Shown here: one piece after another, positions 8,540 through 15,620 of the stretch | Position numbering within the stretch: the first letter of the stretch is position 1 | How the letters are laid out: the number at the start of each line of letters is the position of its first letter | Assembly (NCBI GenBank): GCA_003644445.1 | Contig: QNCG01000002.1 | Coordinates: 1 to 39,237 of the forward strand | Origin: Candidatus Omnitrophota bacterium | GTDB taxonomy: Bacteria; Omnitrophota; Gorgyraeia; Duberdicusellales; Duberdicusellaceae | Direction: 5' to 3' | DNA length: 39,237 nt | Made by a program: the position numbers and the translations under genes | Notes under the pieces: model-generated | Seen by the model: the letters and a program-made list of their open reading frames with translations, nothing else | Told to the model about the DNA's origin: nothing | Database searches by the model: none

Positions 8540-8908
8540 TTAATTATGTTGATCCGGCCAATTTCCTGGAGCAAAATGTCCAGCCCTATCTGCTCTGTAG
8601 CCATTAGTGGCGTTACCCGTAAGAGTATAGTTTACTCCAAACGGACATACCGGTAAATCACCTAATCCATCTCCATCCTCATCAGGAAAAAAGGGTTGTA
8701 ACTCACTCATACTATCACAGGCAGCCCAATTCCTGTTCTCAGAAAAACATAACTGAGCTGCAGTATCAATGGAACGGATATTGGAAGCACACTGTTTGGT
8801 ATTTGCCTGTCTTATAGCTCTCAAAGCATTAGGAAGAATTATAGCAATAAGTATCCCGATTATCACCAACACCACCAGAAGCTCAACCAAAGTAAAACCT
8901 CTCTTCAT
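8540..8908 (-). CDS. Major pilin / GspG-like pseudopilin (122 aa)
   Basis: MKRG-FTLVELLVVLVIIGILIAIILPNALRAIRQAN is a canonical class III signal with Gly at -1 and Glu at +5. A strong SD (AGGAGGTG) lies 4 nt upstream of the ATG at 8908. It has four Cys and an acidic DEDGDGLGD loop. The ORF-track start at 9001 is rejected. Confidence 0.9.
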   Translation of the reverse strand: MKRGFTLVELLVVLVIIGILIAIILPNALRAIRQANTKQCASNIRSIDTAAQLCFSENRNWAACDSMSELQPFFPDEDGDGLGDLPVCPFGVNYTLTGNATNGYRADRAGHFAPGNWPDQHN

Positions 8909-8958
8909 TTTACACCTCCTTTCTCTCTTTTTTAAACTAATAAATCCACCTCCCTCAA

Positions 8959-8992
8959 GAAAAGCCCTTTTATTATAACATAAAGGCTTTTC
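8959..8992 (-). promoter_or_regulatory. Imperfect inverted repeat enclosing a TATAAT hexamer upstream of the pilin gene
   Basis: The plus strand reads GAAAAGCCCTTTT (8959..8971) ... AAAGGCTTTTC (8982..8992). The minus-strand TATAAT at 8977..8972 lies in the loop. This is either a pilin promoter or a pilC-pilin attenuator hairpin. Confidence 0.3.
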
Positions 8993-9038
8993 CCAAAACA
9001 ATACTCAGAGCTGTTTAAATAGCCCCTTAAGAAAACAT

Positions 9039-10244
9039 TTACATCCCTGAACCAATCTTACCCCAAAGAGTGAATATCGGTAAATACATTGATAAAAGCA
9101 CAAACATTACCATTCCCCCTACCATCACTATTAAGATTGGCTCAAGAAGAGTAAGAAACTTATTAAGCCGGTAATCTAACTCTTCTTCCAAATGAAGAGC
9201 AATCCTATCCAGCATCTCTACCAGAGTTCCACTTTCCTCGCCAATAGAAATCATCTCAGTTATAAAAGGAGGAAAATATTTGGTCTCCTCAAGAGAAGTA
9301 CCGATTCCCTTGCCCTGAATAACCCTCTCTAAGACATAATCCAATTTCTCTTCCATTACTTTATTGGCACAACTTCTCTTAGCAGTTTCTATGCTCTCAG
9401 TCAAGGGAAGACCCCCGCCCACCAACAAAGAAAAAGAATGGACAAATCTTCCTAAGGAAGCAGTAAAGACGAGTTTTCCTAATAAGGGGAGTTTTAACTT
9501 CCAGTAATCTATCCGGTATCTTCCTTTTTCTGTAGAATAACACTTCTTATAAAGAAAAAATCCCAAAATTATTAAAACCGGGCCCAACCACCAGAATTTT
9601 ACTGAGAAGTCTGAAACATCCATAAGAATACGGGTTAAAAAAGGAAGACTCACATTAATCTTAGCAAAAACTTTTTTAAAGACTGGGACAACAAAAAGCA
9701 TCATTGCTCCCACTGCCAAAATAGCAATTATTATCACAATTAAGGGATAAGTAATAGCTCTTTTTAGTTTCATTAGGTTTTCTCTTCTTTTATCTAAATA
9801 GTCTCTTATATCTTTCAATATCTTAGGAAGTGTTCCTCCTCTTTCAGCTACCTTTAGCAAGCTGGGATATATCTCAGGAAAAATATTAGGGAACCTCTCA
9901 AAAGCTCCGGAAAGAGTCCCCCCCTCAGAAAGTCTATTTCTGACTTCACTTATCACTAATTGAAAAACCTTATCTTCAGCCTGTCTCCAAAGAATCTCTA
10001 AAGCAGAAATGATAGGGATTCCTGCAGCAATCAGAGAACCAAACTGATGAGTGAACATAATAAGAGTATCAAGGCTTACCTTGCGAGAGAAAATCCTCTT
10101 AACTTCCTTATAAGAAGAGACTCGGACTACAAAGTAGCCTTTGTCAGAAAGACTCTTAATCAAAGAACTTTTATCGGTAGCCTCTAAAATTCCCTCCAGA
10201 AGCCTTCCTTCTTTGTCTCTTATCTTATATGCGAATTTAGGCAT
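9039..10244 (-). CDS. pilC: Pilus/T2SS inner-membrane platform protein (PilC/GspF family)
   Basis: The 401-aa protein has a duplicated GspF-type domain and three hydrophobic segments. Its ATG lies 2 nt after the pilB stop. Confidence 0.92.
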   Translation of the reverse strand: MPKFAYKIRDKEGRLLEGILEATDKSSLIKSLSDKGYFVVRVSSYKEVKRIFSRKVSLDTLIMFTHQFGSLIAAGIPIISALEILWRQAEDKVFQLVISEVRNRLSEGGTLSGAFERFPNIFPEIYPSLLKVAERGGTLPKILKDIRDYLDKRRENLMKLKRAITYPLIVIIIAILAVGAMMLFVVPVFKKVFAKINVSLPFLTRILMDVSDFSVKFWWLGPVLIILGFFLYKKCYSTEKGRYRIDYWKLKLPLLGKLVFTASLGRFVHSFSLLVGGGLPLTESIETAKRSCANKVMEEKLDYVLERVIQGKGIGTSLEETKYFPPFITEMISIGEESGTLVEMLDRIALHLEEELDYRLNKFLTLLEPILIVMVGGMVMFVLLSMYLPIFTLWGKIGSGM

Positions 10245-10246
10245 AA

Positions 10247-11947
10247 TTAGATTTTCTTGACAAAAGCTACTCTCATAACTTCCTCAATAGAAGTTATCTT
10301 CTGAAGAGCTTTTACCACTCCACTTTGTTGGAGAGTGTGCATACCTTCTCTTATAGCTAAATCAGTTACCTCTTTTTCAGTAGCTCTTTTCAAAATTAAC
10401 TCTTTCATCTGAGGAGTAATGCGAACTATCTCAAATATCCCTGTACGCCGATAATAACCTAAATTTTTACATCTTTCACAACCCGAAGATTTAGCAAACT
10501 TTACTTTCTTAGGCTCAGGTATATATTCCGAAATCTCTTTCATTAAATCCTCGGAAGGGGTGTAATCTTGACGACAGTAAGGACAAAGTTTTCTTACTAA
10601 TCGTTGAGCTATGATTCCTATTAAAGAGGCACTGATTAGAAAAGGTTCTACATTCATATCTAACAGCCTGTTTATTGCTCCCGGAGCGTTATTAGTATGA
10701 AGAGTGGATAAAACTAAGTGTCCAGTCAAAGCCGCCTGTATAGCAATCTCAGCAGTTTCTAAGTCTCTTATTTCACCAATCATAATAACGTCAGGGTCCT
10801 GCCTCAAGATGTGACGCATACCTGTAGCAAAGGTATAACCTGCCCGGACATTTACTGCAGTCTGATTTATCCCTTCTAATTCATACTCCACTGGATCTTC
10901 TACGGTGACAATATTCCGAGTAGCATCGTTTAATTTATTAAGAATAGAATAAAGCGTGGTGGTCTTTCCTGAACCAGTGGGTCCGGTTACTAAAATCATC
11001 CCATAAGGCTGATAAATTAAACTTTCGATAATAGAACGCTCATTTTCATCTAATCCCAGCTTATCCAGAGAAATAAGAATACTTTTCTTATCAAGAATCC
11101 TCAGAACCACCTTTTCCCCAAATATATCAGGCAGAGTAGAAACTCTTATGTCGTACTCTCTGTCTCTTATTCCAATAACCATCCTTCCATCTTGAGGCTT
11201 TCTTCTTTCAGCAATGTCCATCCCGCTCATTATCTTTACCCGAGAAATTACTGCTGGCTGCAATCCTTTAGGGATAGTAACTTTCTCATACAAAATCCCG
11301 TCTATCCGATATCTAATCCGCAACTTATCCTTTTGAGGCTCAAAGTGTACATCAGATGCTTCCTGCTTAATAGCATCGGTAATCACTGAGTTAACCAACC
11401 TTACTATTGGTGCTTCCTTAACCACCGCCTCCAGTTCCTGGAGGGGTATATCTTCTAGCCCAGTCTCTTCCTTAGAAGTCACTATCTCTTGAATAGCCTG
11501 GTGAGCTTCTTGGAGAGGGCCAAAATATTTATTTATACATTCTTCTATCTCCTTAGAGGTAGCTAAAACTGGCTTTATTTTATACCCACTTAAATATTTC
11601 AACTCCTGGATAACTCTTATATCCAAAGGGTTAGTAACTGCTACAATAAGGTTTTTTCCTTCTAACTTTAAAGGAAATACTTTGTATTCCCGGATTTTTT
11701 CATAAGGAAAGATACGAAGAAGATTCTCATCTACAGGATAAGATTTCAAATTTACCTGTTCTAAGTCAAATTGATAAGCTAAGGCGTTTATTATTGCTTT
11801 CTCCGAGACTAAACCTTTTTCAACCAATATTTTCCCTAAAGGTTTTTTTGTCTTCTTCTGAGTCTCTAAAGCTTCATAAAGTCGTTCCTTATTAAGCAAA
11901 CCTTGTCTCACTAAAAATTCTCCCAATCTATCTTTCTCTCCGGCCAT
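10247..11947 (-). CDS. pilB: Pilus extension ATPase (PilB/GspE/MshE family) with tandem MshEN-type N-terminal motifs
   Basis: It has Walker A GPTGSGKTT and the tetracysteine CPYC...CERC. The N-terminus reads RLGEFLVRQGLLNKERLYEALETQ, then KKTKK, then PLGKILVEKGLVSEKAIINALAYQ. Confidence 0.95.
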   Translation of the reverse strand: MAGEKDRLGEFLVRQGLLNKERLYEALETQKKTKKPLGKILVEKGLVSEKAIINALAYQFDLEQVNLKSYPVDENLLRIFPYEKIREYKVFPLKLEGKNLIVAVTNPLDIRVIQELKYLSGYKIKPVLATSKEIEECINKYFGPLQEAHQAIQEIVTSKEETGLEDIPLQELEAVVKEAPIVRLVNSVITDAIKQEASDVHFEPQKDKLRIRYRIDGILYEKVTIPKGLQPAVISRVKIMSGMDIAERRKPQDGRMVIGIRDREYDIRVSTLPDIFGEKVVLRILDKKSILISLDKLGLDENERSIIESLIYQPYGMILVTGPTGSGKTTTLYSILNKLNDATRNIVTVEDPVEYELEGINQTAVNVRAGYTFATGMRHILRQDPDVIMIGEIRDLETAEIAIQAALTGHLVLSTLHTNNAPGAINRLLDMNVEPFLISASLIGIIAQRLVRKLCPYCRQDYTPSEDLMKEISEYIPEPKKVKFAKSSGCERCKNLGYYRRTGIFEIVRITPQMKELILKRATEKEVTDLAIREGMHTLQQSGVVKALQKITSIEEVMRVAFVKKI

Positions 11948-11953
11948 TTAAGA

Positions 11954-12307
11954 TTATTCAGGTCTATTTAGCTTTTCTCTCCAAGCCTTATAAACATAGT
12001 CTAAAATCTCGCTCTTTGCCTCTTTATCAATCTCTTTAATCTTTATCCCTACTTCCCAGTTGGCATCATTAGCTCTACTCCAAGCAACCTGGCCTTTAAC
12101 TTCCACTGGCTCTTTCCTTCCCGGAATGTATATCTTCAGCTTAATATCTGCTTCTTCCCCCAGGCTAAAATTATGCAAGATTAACCTTAAACCCTCCCGA
12201 GAAAAATCTTTAGTAACTCCTTCCTGGAGAGAATCTATATTAGCCTTAATTACTACCTCAGCTTTTAAAGGAATATCAAATCTAATAAATTTTCTCCTCT
12301 CCTCCAT
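11954..12307 (-). CDS. PilZ-domain protein (predicted c-di-GMP receptor)
   Basis: It carries the RxxxR motif (ERRKFIRFD) and the D/NxSxxG motif (DFSREGLRL) in a 117-aa single-domain protein. Confidence 0.85.
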   Translation of the reverse strand: MEERRKFIRFDIPLKAEVVIKANIDSLQEGVTKDFSREGLRLILHNFSLGEEADIKLKIYIPGRKEPVEVKGQVAWSRANDANWEVGIKIKEIDKEAKSEILDYVYKAWREKLNRPE

Positions 12308-12506
12308 AATCCTCCTGTCCTTCTTCTTTTAACAGAATCTTCTTAAGCTTCTCAATCTCTCTAATTGTATAACGCCGCCAATTATTTATAGGATGACGAC
12401 CAGGCTTAGGAAACACTCCTTTTTTTTCATACCTCAAGAGAGTCTGTTTAGAAATACCCAATTCTTGGGCTACCTCTTTCACTGTAAAAAATTTCTTCTC
12501 AGCCAT
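12282..12506 (-). CDS. Small MerR/excisionase-type helix-turn-helix protein
   Basis: FTVKEVAQELGISKQTLLRYEKKGVFPKP matches the HTH_17/MerR-type pattern. SD AGGAG lies 6 nt upstream of the ATG. It is the first gene of the pilus operon and overlaps the PilZ gene by 26 nt. Confidence 0.75.
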   Translation of the reverse strand: MAEKKFFTVKEVAQELGISKQTLLRYEKKGVFPKPGRHPINNWRRYTIREIEKLKKILLKEEGQEDYGGEEKIY

Positions 12507-12565
12507 AGTATCTCCTGAATACTCCTGATATATTCTAAAGCTTCTTGATAGAGCTAACTGTATTT

Positions 12566-12595
12566 AGTTTAGATTAGACTATTCTACATTGTCAA
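12566..12595 (-). promoter_or_regulatory. Candidate promoter of the HTH-PilZ-pilus operon
   Basis: The minus strand reads TTGACA (12595..12590), N18, TAAACT (12571..12566), about 60 nt upstream of the ATG at 12506. Confidence 0.35.
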
Positions 12596-12625
12596 GAAAA
12601 AATAAGCAAATTATTTAAGGAATTT

Positions 12626-12639
12626 CCCAATATATTGGG
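12626..12639. promoter_or_regulatory. Perfect 14-bp palindrome CCCAATATATTGGG upstream of the -35 element
   Basis: Read directly from the sequence. It sits about 30 bp upstream of the candidate -35, which suggests an operator for a dimeric regulator. Confidence 0.4.
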
Positions 12640-12726
12640 GTAGAGCCAGGAAACCACTACATCTTCTAATAAATAAGAAAAGAGAGAGGGAAATTTTGAA
12701 AAAGAAAACTAAAGGGTAAATAGAAA

Positions 12727-12740
12727 AAGAGTAGACTCTT
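12727..12740 (-). terminator. Weak hairpin plus U-rich tail downstream of the nuclease gene
   Basis: The minus strand reads AAGAG-UCUA-CUCUU followed by UUUCUAUUU, 49 nt after the stop at 12789. The stem is only 5 bp. Confidence 0.25.
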
Positions 12741-12788
12741 CATTCAATATTCCCAAAACCAAAATAAATATCTACTAATCAACACCGC

Positions 12789-13565
12789 CTATTCAATCAC
12801 TTCTATCTCCAAGGGAGAATTTACTATTATTTCTGGACCATTATACTCTCTTATTCTTCCGGTTACTTCTACAACTTTACCCCGGTAAAAAACCTCAGGA
12901 GTAATTCCCTTCTGGTAAAAATAATTAAAACTATTTCTAAAGATAACTGCTGTGAAATCTTTCTTATAATCTTTCCCAAAATTAAGAAATATGGCTTTGC
13001 CCGAATTATAAGTAGATAAAACTCTGCCTCTTATTGTTCTAATCTGGCCTATAAAATTTTTAGCTTCTTCAGGCTTTATAACTTGGTAAGCTCCCCATAA
13101 ACCCTTCTTACTTTGGCGGGCTTCTCTCTGAGCTTTAACAAATTCTTCTATATACTTAACATTAGGAGGATAAGTATACAAAACAGAAAAACCTTCCTCT
13201 AAGAGCCTTTTATTAAGAAATAATTCCTTCTCTTTTTCTTTTATAAAACAGTAGCCTAAGAGTCGGCCGTACTTATCTCTTTTGTCTACATCAAATTCAA
13301 TCCGGGCGTATTTTCCTTCAGCTAACTTCCGAGTGAATTCTTTTGCTTCTTCAGCTAAAGGAGCAGGTTCATAAACAAAACCTTTAAAAGTTTTTTTCCT
13401 CAGTTCTGGAGTATCTATCCCGATGAGCCTTAAATGGCTTCTGTCTTCTAAGACCAAAGTATCTCCATCGATAACCTTTATTATTTTTATATGAGAATAA
13501 TCAGGAGGCTGAGAACAGGAAAGAAAAAACAGAAAAAGAAATAGAAGAAATTTCTTAACTTTCAA
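12789..13565 (-). CDS. Lipoprotein thermonuclease (SNase family) with a C-terminal OB-fold domain
   Basis: It has the lipobox FFLSCSQ and the SNase core VIDGDTLVLED...LRLIGIDTPE...DKYGRLLGY. The ~90-aa C-terminal tail is OB-fold-like (IRGRVLSTYNSGKAIFLNFG...FTAVIF...GKVVEVTGRIREYNGPEI). Confidence 0.88.
   Translation of the reverse strand: MKVKKFLLFLFLFFLSCSQPPDYSHIKIIKVIDGDTLVLEDRSHLRLIGIDTPELRKKTFKGFVYEPAPLAEEAKEFTRKLAEGKYARIEFDVDKRDKYGRLLGYCFIKEKEKELFLNKRLLEEGFSVLYTYPPNVKYIEEFVKAQREARQSKKGLWGAYQVIKPEEAKNFIGQIRTIRGRVLSTYNSGKAIFLNFGKDYKKDFTAVIFRNSFNYFYQKGITPEVFYRGKVVEVTGRIREYNGPEIIVNSPLEIEVIE
12888..12979. repeat. Direct repeat copy B (inside the nuclease 3' region)
   Basis: Partner of 1..92; 12888..12963 is identical to 1..76. 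Confidence 0.9.
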
Positions 13566-13569
13566 TATA

Positions 13570-13962
13570 TTACCTATTACCTAAATTACGGACAATCTTA
13601 GTAAAGATATCCTGAGCCAGTTTTAAATTGGCTAAAGCTAAGGCTTTTCTACAGGTAACTTTTAAGTTGTAAGAGTGTTCGGTTAATTCTTTTATCTTTA
13701 CTGTTATCTGGTCCTTACCTTTCTTAGCTTTTATCAAGCCTAAATCTTTATCTCTATCAGTAATCTCAGCTCTTTTGGATACTACTCTCAAAGAGACCTC
13801 CCAAAGTTTATCAAAAGAAGTTTCTATATTTCCCGAAGCACTGTCTTTGGTAGCCAAGTATCCTGTAACTACGCCTGTACCTATTAATACCGGCACACAA
13901 CCTATGGAAGAAAGAGAAAGCATCCAGAAACAAACAGAAAGAAGAAATAAATTTTTCCTCAT
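13570..13962 (-). CDS. Small predicted lipoprotein, function unknown
   Basis: The signal peptide has the lipobox LSSIGC. The start abuts the upstream stop with no gap. Confidence 0.6.
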   Translation of the reverse strand: MRKNLFLLSVCFWMLSLSSIGCVPVLIGTGVVTGYLATKDSASGNIETSFDKLWEVSLRVVSKRAEITDRDKDLGLIKAKKGKDQITVKIKELTEHSYNLKVTCRKALALANLKLAQDIFTKIVRNLGNR

Positions 13963-15048
13963 CTACACCCTCCCTTTTTCAGAAAAATTCAATAAGAAAA
14001 AATTCTCCACAGCTTTCTTCCGGATATTTGCCTGAGAACTTAAACTCTCCTTAAACTCCAAAGACTCAGCCTTAACTAACAAAAATATAATATCTAAATT
14101 TAGCTCCCTTTTCAAGAAGTGAAAAAATATCAGAGAAGTATGGGTAGAAAAGGGGGCTAAGCTCAAAACTTCATCTAAGTTTAATACCTTAAAATTCTCG
14201 CTGATATTAGGACTGGCATCTAAAACTACCAACCTTTTTATCCCCTTAAAATTCTTTAAAGAAAGATTTTCAGGGGTAAACCCTGCCTCAAATACTGGCA
14301 AAGCTATCCTGTCTTTAAGAGCCTTGGTTATTTTTACTCCTAAACTGTCATCTCCTTTGAGAGTATTTCCTAAACCCAAGAGAGCTGAATTATCTTCTTT
14401 AAGAAAATCCTTTAATCTATTTAAAGAAGTAAGTTCTTCGGAAGAAGCGATAAAACAGCCTAAATTTTTAAGTTCTTCTCTGCATTGATTTACATCCTTA
14501 AATTGAATACAGATAAATCCCTGTTTTTCAGCTTCAGTGATTAAGTCTGGTCTATCGTCAATATAAATTAAATCTTGCTTAGACAAATCAGGCTGTTGAA
14601 GAAGGTACTGATAGATATAAGGAGAGGGCTTAACAAACCCTACTTCAAAAGAAAGAATCTCTTTATCAAACAAAGAAAATACATAAGAGTAGTTTTTTTT
14701 AAGAAAATCGTAATGGAGTTTATTTATATTGGAAATGAGAAATAGCTTATAAAAAGGTTTAAGGCTTTCTATTAAAGAGAGCGTCTCTTTATTCAAAGTA
14801 AATATGTCACACCATACTGGTATAAATTCTGGATAGTCTAAAGAGAGTCCGGTTTTATCTTTAAATTTTAAATAAAAGTCAAAAGGGCTAATTTTTCCTT
14901 CTTCAAAATCCTCAGCAAAATTTTCAAAAAATAAAGCTTGAATTATTTCCTGTTTAGAAATTCCTATTTTATCTTCTATCTTCTTTAAAGCTATATTGTA
15001 GTCAAAATCAAACAAGACTCTTCCTAAATCAAAAGCTACTGCCTTCAC
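13963..15048 (-). CDS. Fusion: HAD-superfamily hydrolase (N-terminal) and [NiFe]-hydrogenase maturation endopeptidase (HycI/HybD family, C-terminal)
   Basis: The N-terminus has HAD motif I (AVAFDLGRVLFDFD) and motif IV (IYIDDRPD). The C-terminal ~150 aa reads LLGLGNTLKGDDSLGVKI ... LVVLDAS ... FSTHTS, the metal-ligand pattern (D, D, H) of hydrogenase endopeptidases. It is a single ORF with no internal Met or SD at the junction. Confidence 0.8.
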   Translation of the reverse strand: MKAVAFDLGRVLFDFDYNIALKKIEDKIGISKQEIIQALFFENFAEDFEEGKISPFDFYLKFKDKTGLSLDYPEFIPVWCDIFTLNKETLSLIESLKPFYKLFLISNINKLHYDFLKKNYSYVFSLFDKEILSFEVGFVKPSPYIYQYLLQQPDLSKQDLIYIDDRPDLITEAEKQGFICIQFKDVNQCREELKNLGCFIASSEELTSLNRLKDFLKEDNSALLGLGNTLKGDDSLGVKITKALKDRIALPVFEAGFTPENLSLKNFKGIKRLVVLDASPNISENFKVLNLDEVLSLAPFSTHTSLIFFHFLKRELNLDIIFLLVKAESLEFKESLSSQANIRKKAVENFFLLNFSEKGRV

Positions 15049-15055
15049 TTCTTAA

Positions 15056-15370
15056 TTAATAGCGCTTATTTCCGTGACGATAAGGTCTTTTTTTATTCCG
15101 CTCAATCTTCTCTAAAATAGCCTTTTCTAAATCTATCTTCTTCCTTCCGCAGTAATCAAATATTCTTATACAGCAGTCAGCTAATTCTTCAGCTACCTCT
15201 TCTTTGGGTCTGTGCTCTCTTAAGGCTTCTAAGGCTTCGGAAAGTTCAGAATGCATTAAAGCTATGAGTTCGGCATCGTTTCTTCTCTTATCCCACCAGC
15301 CTTTCTCCTTAGCAATACTATAACATATCTTAGTTAATTCCTTAATTGAGAAAGTATTCTTACTCTTCAT
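15056..15370 (-). CDS. MazG-like nucleoside triphosphate pyrophosphohydrolase family protein
   Basis: HSELSEALEA and EELADCCIRIFDY match the paired EExxE/D-type helices of the small all-alpha MazG-like family. Confidence 0.7.
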   Translation of the reverse strand: MKSKNTFSIKELTKICYSIAKEKGWWDKRRNDAELIALMHSELSEALEALREHRPKEEVAEELADCCIRIFDYCGRKKIDLEKAILEKIERNKKRPYRHGNKRY

Positions 15371-15406
15371 CGGAGGTTTCTCAGGTAAAAATAAATAGTA
15401 ATAGTC

Positions 15407-15616
15407 TTACTTAGAATCTTCCAGCAACTTCTCAGCTTTTTCTTTTAAATCTGAAGGGACAAATATTTTTGCTCCTCCTAAACCGTTTAAAGTTATCCCG
15501 TACATCCTGCCTATTGACTCAGCTTCTATTTTAACAGGGATACCTTCTGATTCAAGTCTTCCTTTTATTATTTGGGCCTTAAAAAATTCTTCCTTAGTAA
15601 GCAAACTCCACTCCAT
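15407..15616 (-). CDS. DUF2007-like small protein (putative signal-transducing fold)
   Basis: The 69-aa protein has the pattern AQIIKGRLESEGIPVKIE ... IFVPSDLKEKAEKLL, typical of DUF2007. Confidence 0.55.
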   Translation of the reverse strand: MEWSLLTKEEFFKAQIIKGRLESEGIPVKIEAESIGRMYGITLNGLGGAKIFVPSDLKEKAEKLLEDSK

Positions 15617-15620
15617 ACTT

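Noticed and set aside
8909-9001. A 31-aa N-terminal extension of the pilin ORF (MFWEKPLCYNKRAFLEGGGF...)
   Set aside because: The internal ATG at 8908 is preceded by AGGAGGTG and gives a canonical short prepilin leader (MKRG-FTLVE). The extension would bury the class III signal.
583-12506. Calling operon 1 a classical type II secretion system
   Set aside because: There are no GspC, GspL or GspM equivalents. The alignment complex is PilM/N/O/P-type. Only the pilin looks GspG-like, so I kept the neutral label of type IV pilus/T2SS-like.
1-12979. Calling the repeat-bracketed segment a prophage, ICE or transposon
   Set aside because: There is no integrase, transposase, relaxase, or phage structural or replication gene in the visible sequence. 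Only the direct repeat and an excisionase-type HTH are present. It is reported as a hypothesis, not annotated as a mobile element.
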